From assembly GCA_029879765.1 (NCBI GenBank), contig JAOUPQ010000002.1, forward strand, positions 1-39,330: a stretch of DNA of 39,330 nt, given 5' to 3'. Origin of the DNA: Nitrospinota bacterium (lineage in GTDB: Bacteria > Nitrospinota_A > UBA7883). Under the pieces are notes generated by a model. The model was not told the origin of the DNA. It worked only from the letters and a program-made list of their open reading frames with translations, and did no database searches. Shown here piece by piece: positions 18,387 through 27,361 of the stretch. The translations under genes were made by a program, and so were the position numbers. How positions within the stretch are numbered: the first letter of the stretch is position 1; each line of letters begins with the position of its first letter.

Positions 18387-21347
18387 TCAGGCGACCTTGA
18401 ATTTCGCTACCATCGTTTCCAGTTCTCCGGCGACTTTGGCCAGATCGTGCGACGAGGTGCTGACCTGTTGCGCGCTGGCGCTGGTGTCGTTGGCGCTCTT
18501 GGAAACTCCCTGAATATTGGAAGCCACTTCGTTGGCGCCCCGGGCCGCCTCGCCGGTGTTCCGGGAGACGTCGTTGGCGCCTTTGGCCACTTCCGCGATG
18601 GAGGAGGCGATGTTGTTCGCTCCGCTGGCGGCCTGGGCCACGTTGTTGGCGATCTCGGCCGCGGCACGGGTCTGCTGCTCCACGGAATGAGAGATCACCT
18701 CCACCGATTGGTTGATGGTGTTGATGATCGCCGCCACATCAGCGATCACCTTCACGGCCTGACCGGTATTGTTCTGAACACCTGCGATCCTGGAGGCGAT
18801 ATCCTCGGCGGCGTTGGCGCTCTGGTTGGCCAGCTCCTTGATCTCGTTGGCCACCACGGCAAAGCCCTTGCCGGCGTCTCCGGCGCTGGCCGCCTCGATG
18901 GTGGCGTTGAGCGCCAGCAGGTTCGTCTGCTCGGCGATCCTCTTGATCACTTCCGTAACCTCGCCGATGGCCTTGGCCGCCGTGCCCAGAGTGTTCATGG
19001 TGGAAGAGGCGTTAGAACTCATGTCCGAAGCCTGCCCCGCCACCTTGGACGCCTCCCTGGCGTTTTTGGCGATCTCGTTAATAGACGCGGTCATCTCCTC
19101 CACAGCGCTTGAGACGGCGTTCATATTCTGGCTCATCTGCTCCGCGCCGCTGCTCACGGTGCCCACGTTCATGCTCATCTCCTCCACGGCCGAGGCCATG
19201 TTGTTGATGTTGGCGGACATCTGCTCCGTTGCTCCCGCCACCGCGCCTGCCTGGCTGGTGGTTTCCTCGCTGCCGCTGGCCAGCTGGCTGGACACTGCGG
19301 AAAGCTCCTCGGAGGCCGACGCCAGAGTCCTGGAGTTGTTGGATATGGTCACGAACATCTCCTTGAGTTGATGCACCATCTCGTTTATGGAACTGGAGAG
19401 CCGCCCGATCTCGTCGTTGGATGAGACAGTGATCGACTGGGTGAAATCGCCTTTGGCGATCTCCTCCACCACTCGAACCGCATCCACCACCGGCTTGGCT
19501 ATACTCCGGCTGACAAACATCGCCGCCATTATGATCAGAACGGCGCCGATCAGCCCAAACACCAGTATGAACATGGTTATGGCGTCCACAGCATCATAGG
19601 CTTCCTTTTTGTCAACTTCCGCCAGGATGGCCCAGTTGATCTGCTCAATCCGCAATGGCGCATATGAGGAAAGAACCGGATTGCCGTTGTAATCGGTAAT
19701 TATCCCCTGGCCCGTCTTCCCGGCCAGCGCCTCCCGGGCCGCTTCGGTGTCCACGTTCCCTTTTGCGGGGTTGGCGAAGGAGGCTTTTACAGTGTGGTTC
19801 ACCTGATCCAGGAAGGAATCGGAACGCATCAGCTTGTCCGAACCCACCAGATAGGTTTCCCCGGTTTTGCCCATGCCGTCGCGCTGGTTCATCACCGAGT
19901 TGATCGCTTCCAGCGAAAGCTGCAGAGCCACTATGGTGACCACCTTGTCGTGGGAGATAACCGGCTGGGCGACGAACGCCGCCGGCTCGCCACCGCTGGG
20001 ACCGTAGGGAGCGAAATCCTCTATGCCGTATTGGCGGGTCTGCAACACCCGGCGAGTCAGAGCTCCCAGGTTCGACGAGGCCCATTTACCGTTTAGGATA
20101 TTGGTCTGATAATCCGCTTCCCGGGCGGCTGAATAGTAGATATAACCATCCGGATTAACAAGGAACAGGTCGTAATATCCATACATCTTTATGTACTGGG
20201 CGAAATATTCCGATCCGGAGGCGTCTATAGGGGAGAAAGCCTCCGCCACGTCAATCTCCGCCAGCAGGGCCCAGGTCATGTCGCCCACCTTGATGGGCGC
20301 ATAGGCGGAAAGCACCGGATTGCCATTGTAGTCCATAATCACTTCAGCGCCGGAAGACCCTGCCAGCGCTTTCCTGGCGGCGGTTGTATCCACATCCCCT
20401 TTGGTCGGATCCTTAAAGGAGGCCAGCACACTATGGTTCTTCGGATCCAGGAAGGAGTCGGACCGCATCAGCTTATCCTGCCCCACCAGGTATGTCTCTC
20501 CGGTTTTCCCCAGGCCGCTGCGCTCTGTCATTATGCTGTTTATATCCTTAAGGGAAATCTGCAGAGCCACCACACCGATAGTCTTCCCACCGGACTTTAT
20601 CGGGGCGCCAATGAACGCTGACGGCTCCCCGTTGCTGGGGGCGTATGGCTCAAAATCCTGGACTGTCACTTTTTCCCTGGCGCCGCGGAACATCTTGCCC
20701 AGGGGAGAGTCCTTCAGCCCGCCCAGCAGCAGGTTGGCCCCCAGGTCGCTTTCCCTGGATACGGTATACACCACATCGCCATCCTCGGCGATCAGGAACA
20801 GGTCGTAGTAGCCATACTCTTCCTTATACTGGGTCAGCCACTTGCCGTGTCGGGCCGCGGCGCTTTTCCACGAGGCGCCATCCACCTTCCGCCCATCGGC
20901 CATGAATGCGTTCTCAAATTCATGCATGGAATCTAGCACGGCGCCGTTGGCGGAGAGGACCGAAACATCCCCGACCCTTTCGGCAAAGTATCGCTCGATC
21001 TGGGTTTTCTTTATGTCACGAATGGCGGTGAGTTTGCGGAAAGCTTCCTCCTGCAGAGTGCCCACGGTTTCCACCAGCACACCCATATCCCCTTTGCGCT
21101 CGCCGAAGAATTTTTCGATCTGCCCTTTTTTGATAGAGCGGACAGCCTCCAGGTTGTTGAACGCCTGGTTCTCCAATGCGTCGCTGGCGCTCTTCCAGGT
21201 GAAATATCCCAGGATTCCAAACGGGATAAGCCCCACAGCCAGGAACGCAGCCACCAGTTTTTTGCCAAGGGTAAGGCCCCCCTGCTTCCCATTCTGCGCC
21301 GACGATCCCCTTCCAGGGGTGTATGCAACGCTATTTTTAGTACTCAT
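18387..21347 (-). CDS. methyl-accepting chemotaxis protein with two tandem Cache-type periplasmic modules
   Basis: AGGAGAGG lies upstream of the ATG. The sensor contains two copies of a ~200-aa unit (YGYYDLFL...[21 protein letters not shown]...[12 protein letters not shown]...W.LLAE.D), typical of Cache domains. TM, HAMP ([10 protein letters not shown]) and an MCP signalling domain follow. Confidence 0.9.
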   Translation of the reverse strand: MSTKNSVAYTPGRGSSAQNGKQGGLTLGKKLVAAFLAVGLIPFGILGYFTWKSASDALENQAFNNLEAVRSIKKGQIEKFFGERKGDMGVLVETVGTLQEEAFRKLTAIRDIKKTQIERYFAERVGDVSVLSANGAVLDSMHEFENAFMADGRKVDGASWKSAAARHGKWLTQYKEEYGYYDLFLIAEDGDVVYTVSRESDLGANLLLGGLKDSPLGKMFRGAREKVTVQDFEPYAPSNGEPSAFIGAPIKSGGKTIGVVALQISLKDINSIMTERSGLGKTGETYLVGQDKLMRSDSFLDPKNHSVLASFKDPTKGDVDTTAARKALAGSSGAEVIMDYNGNPVLSAYAPIKVGDMTWALLAEIDVAEAFSPIDASGSEYFAQYIKMYGYYDLFLVNPDGYIYYSAAREADYQTNILNGKWASSNLGALTRRVLQTRQYGIEDFAPYGPSGGEPAAFVAQPVISHDKVVTIVALQLSLEAINSVMNQRDGMGKTGETYLVGSDKLMRSDSFLDQVNHTVKASFANPAKGNVDTEAAREALAGKTGQGIITDYNGNPVLSSYAPLRIEQINWAILAEVDKKEAYDAVDAITMFILVFGLIGAVLIIMAAMFVSRSIAKPVVDAVRVVEEIAKGDFTQSITVSSNDEIGRLSSSINEMVHQLKEMFVTISNNSRTLASASEELSAVSSQLASGSEETTSQAGAVAGATEQMSANINNMASAVEEMSMNVGTVSSGAEQMSQNMNAVSSAVEEMTASINEIAKNAREASKVAGQASDMSSNASSTMNTLGTAAKAIGEVTEVIKRIAEQTNLLALNATIEAASAGDAGKGFAVVANEIKELANQSANAAEDIASRIAGVQNNTGQAVKVIADVAAIINTINQSVEVISHSVEQQTRAAAEIANNVAQAASGANNIASSIAEVAKGANDVSRNTGEAARGANEVASNIQGVSKSANDTSASAQQVSTSSHDLAKVAGELETMVAKFKVA

Positions 21348-21375
21348 TCGCCTCTCCTAACAACTTGTTTATTAA

Positions 21376-21873
21376 TCATTTTTGCTCAAAAGTTTTAAGA
21401 AAACTTCTGGCGTTCAATATAACCAGAAGATCCTTCTCCAGCTTGCACACCCCTACAACCAGGTTCCGGTTCTTCCAACGATCCTCCTGCGCCGCTTCCG
21501 CGTCATCCTGGGCGCCATACTCCTCGATATCCTCAGAGCCAACCTCCACGATATCGCCTATCTTGTCCACCAGCGCCCCAAACGGCTCCCCGATATTCTG
21601 TTTGAATATCACCACCCGGCTTTCATGGTCTGGATCCTTCTGGGCAAAGCCGAGAAGAGTCCTAAGATCCAGCACCAGATGTATCTGGCCCCGGATATTC
21701 ACATATCCCCGCACTTCCCTGGGGGCATGAAATATCCTGGTAAATCCCACTTCGGTGTTGATCTCCTTCACGTCCTGGATATCCACACCGAACAGCCTAT
21801 TGTTCAGGCGGAAAGTGCAAAGCTGGATTTTTCTTTCCGTTTCCACTTCCGCCACTATCGATTGCTTACTCAT
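21376..21873 (-). CDS. cheW: chemotaxis coupling protein CheW
   Basis: Single CheW-like domain (LCTFRLNNRLFGVDIQDVKEI..., VNIRGQIHLVLDL). The ATG at 21873 is 9 nt after GGAGG and overlaps the cheA stop by 8 nt. The track's GTG at 21882 abuts the RBS. Confidence 0.9.
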   Translation of the reverse strand: MSKQSIVAEVETERKIQLCTFRLNNRLFGVDIQDVKEINTEVGFTRIFHAPREVRGYVNIRGQIHLVLDLRTLLGFAQKDPDHESRVVIFKQNIGEPFGALVDKIGDIVEVGSEDIEEYGAQDDAEAAQEDRWKNRNLVVGVCKLEKDLLVILNARSFLKTFEQK

Positions 21874-24800
21874 TGTCATCACCCTCCACGCTCTGGCTGG
21901 TTAAGGCCTTGTTCAAAAGCTCCGCCACCGACAGCAGAAACTCGTCCTTCTCCAATTTGATCTCCGCCCTGGTGTATCCTGCCCCTTCCGCGGCGGCCCG
22001 TTCTTTTTCCAGATTTTCCGGGGAGACCAGCGCCAGGGCAGGCAGATGGTTTTGTCGACCGCCGCCCCTGACCGCCATGATAAAATCCAGGCCCTCCTGC
22101 CCCATGGAAGCCACATCACAAACCAACGCGTCGAAACTCTCGTCGTTCACCCGGGCCAGGGCCTCTTCCACTGTGGATGCGCCGGCCACTTCATATCCTT
22201 CGCTGTGCAGATAGCGCCGCACCAGCACTTTCATGAAGGGATCCTCCACCACGGCCAGGATTCTGGGCAGCCTGCTCCCTTTCATCATGGAATCCTTGCG
22301 CAACCTTTCATCCAGCAGCCACTTGTTCTCGGACATATCCACCATCCGGTATACATCCGGGAAAATGGTGAGCCTGTTGCGCAAAATCGCCGTGCCCAGA
22401 ATTCCGTCTTCCATATAGCTCTCCTCGTTCAGGGTCGAGGGGGCTTCTTCCGTATCCAGCAACCTGGAGATCAGGATCCCCACCGGTCGGCTCGTGTGTT
22501 TTGGCAAAAGCAGGAACATCTCCTCATCCTCCTGGCATTCGGAGACTTTTATCAGCTTGCTGAGGGTTATGAGCTGGGTGGAAACTCCATCTATGGTGAT
22601 AAACCGGTCGCCCCCGAGCTTTTCCACCGACTTAAGGGCGATTCTCTCTATCCTTTTTATCAGCGACAGAGCGATGGCAAACTGCTCCTCCTTGCCATAC
22701 TCGAAGAGCAGCACTGTATGGGTGTCCGACTCGGTGTCGGCGGCGGTATCCTCGATCTCCTCGTCGCCCCTTCCTTCCGTGGCGATCCCGGTTTGCCGGG
22801 CGATCCCCTGGGCGTCCAGGATCAGGGCCACCTTGCCATCGCCCATGACCGTGGCGCCGGCATAGCAACCGATATCCTTCACCGCCGGGTGCATCGGCTT
22901 GACCACGATCTCCTCTGTGCCGATTATCTTGTCTATTATCAGGCCGAACTTGCTGCCGCCGGCCTTGAGCACGCCGAAGTTCAATGATCCCCCCTTCATC
23001 CTGGCGGATTCGGAGCCAGTCTCTATGACGATGGGGTCGTTTTCCGAGGCGCCAGACCGAAACTCGTCTTCAAGCACCTTGTTCAGGCGCACCATGGAAA
23101 GGAGCCTGTTCCGCAGGCGGTAGACTTCCCTGTCGCCGGCGATTTCGATTTTCTTTTTCACATCCTCGTCATACAGGCACACCAATTCCTCCACATTCAC
23201 CTGGGGAATGGCGTATCGATCCTCCCCCATCTGCACGATAAGACATGGAATGATGGCCAGAGTCAGAGGGAGCCGCAGGTGCATGGACACACCCTGGCCT
23301 TCCACCGAATCTATATCGAAGGTGCCTCCCAGTTCCTCCACCCCCGTCTTCACCACATCCAGCCCCACGCCGCGGCCGGACATATCGGTCACCTTGTCCG
23401 CAGTGGAAAAACCGGCCTGAACTGTGAGGTACAGGATCTCTTTTTCTGTCATTTGCGACAGTTCCTCGGCGGTTTTCATCCTTCTGGAAATGGCTTTTTG
23501 CTTTATCTTTTCCAGGCTGACTCCCCGCCCATCGTCCTTGATGACGATGTTTATCTGGCCCCCTTCGTGATAGGCGTTAAGCTGGATATGGCCGGTTTCG
23601 TTCTTCCCTTTTTCTTTTCTCTCCTCCGGAGTTTCAATTCCGTGGTCGCAGGAGTTGCGCACAAGATGCGTCAGAGGGTCGGCCAGCGCCTCGAGGATGG
23701 TCTTGTCCAGTTCCACGTCCGCGCCCTGGATATCCACCTCTATCTTTTTCCCCAATTGGCGGTTTAGCTCGCGAATGACCCTGGGAAACTTGTTGAATAT
23801 ATTACCGATAGGTTGCATCCGGGTGGCCATGATGCTTTCCTGGATCTCCGTGGTGACCACGTCCAGCCGCTGGGATATGGCCCTGGAGACAGGGTCGGAC
23901 TTGTCCACCGATCTTATCTGCTGGTTGCGCACCAGCACAAGCTCGCCCGCCAAAGTCATCAGCTTGTCTATGACAGATACGTTCAGCCGAATGGTCTCGT
24001 TCTGATCCTTTCCACTCCTCGGGATTCCCAGGATGCGCTCCTCATGTTCATCCCTGGAAAGCTCCTCATTCGCCTGGGGCGCCTTCTCCAGGGTGGTCAC
24101 CGGCGACACCCTGGCTTCTGTAAACTGGTCCACTATTTTTTCCTCCTGCAGGCTTTCTTCAAAGTCCGTCATTTCCGAAATATCCTCAAATGGCTGGGTA
24201 TCCACAAGTTTTTTGACAGTTGGCTCAGCCTTGGGGGCCGACCGGGCAAAGGTTTTCAACTCCACGATATTCCCTTCCGTAAGACCTGTGACACCTTTCA
24301 CCAGATCCTTTTCGATGCTGGTGGCATACACCACATCGCAGAACAGAGGCTTTTTGGGAAGGCCTTCCCGCAGATCCTCCACAGAAAACTTGATGTTGGT
24401 ATCCAGGATTTTGCCCGCTTCATTAAGCTCCTTCATCAGGGCTGTGGGTGTCTTTCCCGCGGCGCTGGCCAGCTGGGTCAGGTCATACCTTAGAAGATAG
24501 ATAAACTTGCACGAATCAGGCACCTCCCTCATTATCATGTCTGTCAGCTGATACTCACCCTGCTCCATGGTGATGACCGACACCGGGCTTTCCTTCTTCT
24601 TCTGCCCGCCGCTCCTTGCCTCATTGAGCAGGGCCTGCAACGAAACATCACCCACGGGAGGGGGAGCATGGGGCGTGGCCGCTTCTTTTTTCTCTTTTTC
24701 CTTTGTGGGGGGATTGAATTTGATTACGGTATCCTCCGTGACCATCTCCTGGGCCTGGGAAACCGGCTTTATATGCTTTTCGATGCTGGCGACCAATTCA

Positions 24801-25150
24801 TCCACCGGTATCTTATTGCTGTTCTTGATATCCTCCAGCATGGTGTTGATCATATCCACACCCTTGAAAAGCGGATCCACAACTTCACTGTCAGGCCGGA
24901 CCTCCCCCCCGCGAATCAGCGAGAGCAACGTCTCCATCACATGGGCCAGATCCGCCAGCTTGATGAAACCGAGGAATCCGGCCGATCCTTTTACCGTATG
25001 GATGGCCCTGAAAACCTTGTTTATCAGATCCTGGTCCAGATCGTCGGACATCTTCTCCAGCGCCAGAAGATCCCCTTCCACCGAGGCTATGTGCTCCTTG
25101 GCCTCGGCAACGAATTCTTCAACAATGGCTTCGTCGAATTGCATCATCAT
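21866..25150 (-). CDS. cheA: hybrid chemotaxis histidine kinase CheA (Hpt, long linker, dimerisation, HATPase, two CheW-like domains, C-terminal receiver)
   Basis: Hpt is AIHTVKGSAGFLG. Kinase boxes are DPLTHLVRNSCDHGIE, DDGRGV and GRGVGLDVV. The two CheW-like segments are CLIVQMGEDRYAIP... and TVLLFEYGKEEQFAIAL.... The receiver is RILAVVEDPF...DALVCDVA. GGGAGGGAA precedes the ATG. Confidence 0.9.
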   Translation of the reverse strand: MMMQFDEAIVEEFVAEAKEHIASVEGDLLALEKMSDDLDQDLINKVFRAIHTVKGSAGFLGFIKLADLAHVMETLLSLIRGGEVRPDSEVVDPLFKGVDMINTMLEDIKNSNKIPVDELVASIEKHIKPVSQAQEMVTEDTVIKFNPPTKEKEKKEAATPHAPPPVGDVSLQALLNEARSGGQKKKESPVSVITMEQGEYQLTDMIMREVPDSCKFIYLLRYDLTQLASAAGKTPTALMKELNEAGKILDTNIKFSVEDLREGLPKKPLFCDVVYATSIEKDLVKGVTGLTEGNIVELKTFARSAPKAEPTVKKLVDTQPFEDISEMTDFEESLQEEKIVDQFTEARVSPVTTLEKAPQANEELSRDEHEERILGIPRSGKDQNETIRLNVSVIDKLMTLAGELVLVRNQQIRSVDKSDPVSRAISQRLDVVTTEIQESIMATRMQPIGNIFNKFPRVIRELNRQLGKKIEVDIQGADVELDKTILEALADPLTHLVRNSCDHGIETPEERKEKGKNETGHIQLNAYHEGGQINIVIKDDGRGVSLEKIKQKAISRRMKTAEELSQMTEKEILYLTVQAGFSTADKVTDMSGRGVGLDVVKTGVEELGGTFDIDSVEGQGVSMHLRLPLTLAIIPCLIVQMGEDRYAIPQVNVEELVCLYDEDVKKKIEIAGDREVYRLRNRLLSMVRLNKVLEDEFRSGASENDPIVIETGSESARMKGGSLNFGVLKAGGSKFGLIIDKIIGTEEIVVKPMHPAVKDIGCYAGATVMGDGKVALILDAQGIARQTGIATEGRGDEEIEDTAADTESDTHTVLLFEYGKEEQFAIALSLIKRIERIALKSVEKLGGDRFITIDGVSTQLITLSKLIKVSECQEDEEMFLLLPKHTSRPVGILISRLLDTEEAPSTLNEESYMEDGILGTAILRNRLTIFPDVYRMVDMSENKWLLDERLRKDSMMKGSRLPRILAVVEDPFMKVLVRRYLHSEGYEVAGASTVEEALARVNDESFDALVCDVASMGQEGLDFIMAVRGGGRQNHLPALALVSPENLEKERAAAEGAGYTRAEIKLEKDEFLLSVAELLNKALTSQSVEGDDNE

Positions 25151-25157
25151 TCCCTCC

Positions 25158-25892
25158 CTAGGCCACGTTTACAGTTATGATTTCGTCGATTTTGATCAGG
25201 CGGAAGAGGCTGTGGATATCTTTGTTGGTGTTCATAAGCTTCAGCTTTCCCTTCTTGCTCTTCCCCTCCAACATCTTGGTGAAGCTGATCAGCACGCTTA
25301 TCCCTATGGAGTCGATATCATTCACATTTTTCATGTCGATCTTCACCTGATACTTCTTCTCGTCCAGCGCCCGGATGAGCAACAGACGAAGCTTGTCCGC
25401 CACGTTGGCCGTTATATCCCCGGTTGGGATAATATGGATAGAGTTCTTTCTATCCTCGGTTTTAAAATCCGTCTCCACCAGATCACCCAAAAAGGCGGTG
25501 ACCCGGTTCCCCTTCTCGTTAAACTCCACCTCGTCCGCCAGGGTGTTCACAAGCCCGAACCCCCGATGACGCTCCTGCTGGGGATCACCCGGGATTTTCC
25601 AGTTTATTGACTCGTAGTCGAATCCGGCTCCGCTGTCTTCCACGGTGATGCGGAACCTGGCGCCCCCCAGATATTCGATCTCGCATTCCACGGTCAAGGT
25701 TGGGTCGCCCCCGCAACCGTGTTCGATGGCGTTGATCAAAAGCTCCCTGATCACCACCTTGAGCCGGATATTTTCCGCTGCGCCATACCGCCCCAGGAAA
25801 GCCTTCGATTCCTGGACAACCCGATCCACCACCCGCATTTCCGCCGATGAACGGAACAGGATAATATCTTCACCTTTTTCAACTGCGAACAT
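25158..25892 (-). CDS. fusion of an RsbW/SpoIIAB-like anti-sigma serine kinase (N-terminal) with a STAS anti-anti-sigma domain (C-terminal)
   Basis: Kinase N-box is VIRELLINAIEHG and G-boxes are VEDSGAGFD and GFGLVNTLADEV. The STAS segment is IHIIPTGDITANVADKLR...IDMKNVNDIDSIGISVL, with the phosphorylatable Ser context DS.G. The ATG at 25892 has GGAGG 6 nt upstream. The track's longer ORF to 25970 would overlap the upstream gene by 92 nt. Confidence 0.75.
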   Translation of the reverse strand: MFAVEKGEDIILFRSSAEMRVVDRVVQESKAFLGRYGAAENIRLKVVIRELLINAIEHGCGGDPTLTVECEIEYLGGARFRITVEDSGAGFDYESINWKIPGDPQQERHRGFGLVNTLADEVEFNEKGNRVTAFLGDLVETDFKTEDRKNSIHIIPTGDITANVADKLRLLLIRALDEKKYQVKIDMKNVNDIDSIGISVLISFTKMLEGKSKKGKLKLMNTNKDIHSLFRLIKIDEIITVNVA

Positions 25893-27144
25893 TTTCAACC
25901 TCCGTGGGAATTTCCATGGCCAACAACAAGGCGTCGTCGGAAAACTTCCTGTGGCAAAAGTTTGAGACATCGTCCCACACCTTGCCCACCATCTCTTCTA
26001 GCAATAGTTTTTTATGCAGGCTGATAAACCTAAGCAGCCCCGCCTCCGCCAGACGTTTTCTCGATCCGGTCCTACCATCCACCTGGCTGGCGTTCAGCAA
26101 TCCATCGGTGTGGATAAAAATCCGCTCCGTGGATTTGAAGGAAAATTCCACCCGCTCAAAATTCAATCCGCCACGCCCGCCCAGCGCCGGACCTCCGCTG
26201 GAGAGCCGCCTTACAGAGCCCGCTACGGGATTGAATATCATCACCCCGCTGTGCCCCGCGCTCACAACTTCACCTTTCATGGTGTCAAGGTTCAGCTTTA
26301 TATATAAAGCGGTGGCCATCCGGCCGAAATCGAAGGTATCGGCGAATTTATCGTTTATTGACTTCATCAGCGCTTCCCCGGCCCCAGGCTTTCCGGAATG
26401 CTGATCGAAGAGCGCTTTTATGAACACCGTGTGATACGAGGCGCCCAGATCATGGCCAGCCACATCCGCCACCAGCGCCTCCACTCCATCCTCCACATTC
26501 CTGGCCTCGAAATAATCGCCGCCCAGGCTCCCCAGGGGCGAATAGCGGTACGCCACTTTCACTTTCAACCCTTCCGGATTGAACTTGACTATCTGGTTGT
26601 ACGAATTCACCGCGCTCTCCATCTGGGTTCGCAGGTATTCATAATCCCGTTTGAACAAGTCGGCGTCTCGCATGGACACGGAGGAGGAGCGAGCCAGTTC
26701 CCGCTGGGTATGGCGCCCTTTTGTGATCCACTTGATATTTTCCAAAAGCTCTTCCACATCCACCGGTTTTTCCAGGAAGTCGTCACAGCCTATCCGCATC
26801 AGGTCCACCATCATCTCTTTGTCACCATATCCTGTGATCGCTATCACAGGCGTATAGATCCCCCTGCGTCGCATCTCCCATATCAACTCCCTGCCATTCA
26901 ACCCGGGCATCTGGATGTCCGTAATGATCAATGTGTATGGCAATCCGATTGACCACGAATCGACGATCTTCTCCAAAGCCTCCACTCCATCCAGGCAAAC
27001 AGAAGTGCGAAACTCCGCCACGTTAAGAGCGATCTCCAGAGAAAAAGCCAGATCCTTCTCGTCATCGACAATCAGAATTCTTTCCATAAGAAGCTCAGCA
27101 AAAATAATTCGGAAACACACACCCGACATCTCAGATACTTGCAT
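25879..27144 (-). CDS. response-regulator receiver fused to a PP2C/SpoIIE-type serine phosphatase (RsbU-like)
   Basis: Receiver is ILIVDDEKD...TLIITDIQMPGLNG...VIAITGYGD...FLEKP. PP2C motifs are LGGDYFEA, VADVAGHDLGASY, IFIHTDGL and SDDALLLAMEI. The start is uncertain: 27144 has GGGGGTGG upstream, while 27087 begins MERILIVDD. Confidence 0.85.
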   Translation of the reverse strand: MQVSEMSGVCFRIIFAELLMERILIVDDEKDLAFSLEIALNVAEFRTSVCLDGVEALEKIVDSWSIGLPYTLIITDIQMPGLNGRELIWEMRRRGIYTPVIAITGYGDKEMMVDLMRIGCDDFLEKPVDVEELLENIKWITKGRHTQRELARSSSVSMRDADLFKRDYEYLRTQMESAVNSYNQIVKFNPEGLKVKVAYRYSPLGSLGGDYFEARNVEDGVEALVADVAGHDLGASYHTVFIKALFDQHSGKPGAGEALMKSINDKFADTFDFGRMATALYIKLNLDTMKGEVVSAGHSGVMIFNPVAGSVRRLSSGGPALGGRGGLNFERVEFSFKSTERIFIHTDGLLNASQVDGRTGSRKRLAEAGLLRFISLHKKLLLEEMVGKVWDDVSNFCHRKFSDDALLLAMEIPTEVENVRS

Positions 27145-27361
27145 TTTTCATACCACCCCCTAAAAAGAATGAAATACATACTATATACCTTTGTATTTAC
27201 GTGTGTTGCTCCCTCGGGCAAAATATCGTCCTCTTGGGTAAATGGGTGAGACAATGGATGACATTATTCATAACCCATCGATAACATCCCTATTAACAAC
27301 CACATACCACCACCCACTCAAGACAAAAGTGAATTACTTCTCAGGTTTTTACAGAGTCCAT

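Noticed and set aside
27217-27232. Possible sigma-54 promoter (- strand AGGACGATATTTTGCC) upstream of the receiver-PP2C/Che operon. That would let the adjacent NtrC-family regulator drive it.
   Set aside because: Only the GG and TTGC cores match at the correct spacing, and the rest of the -24 element (TGGCAC) does not. The match is too weak to call without other examples from this genome.
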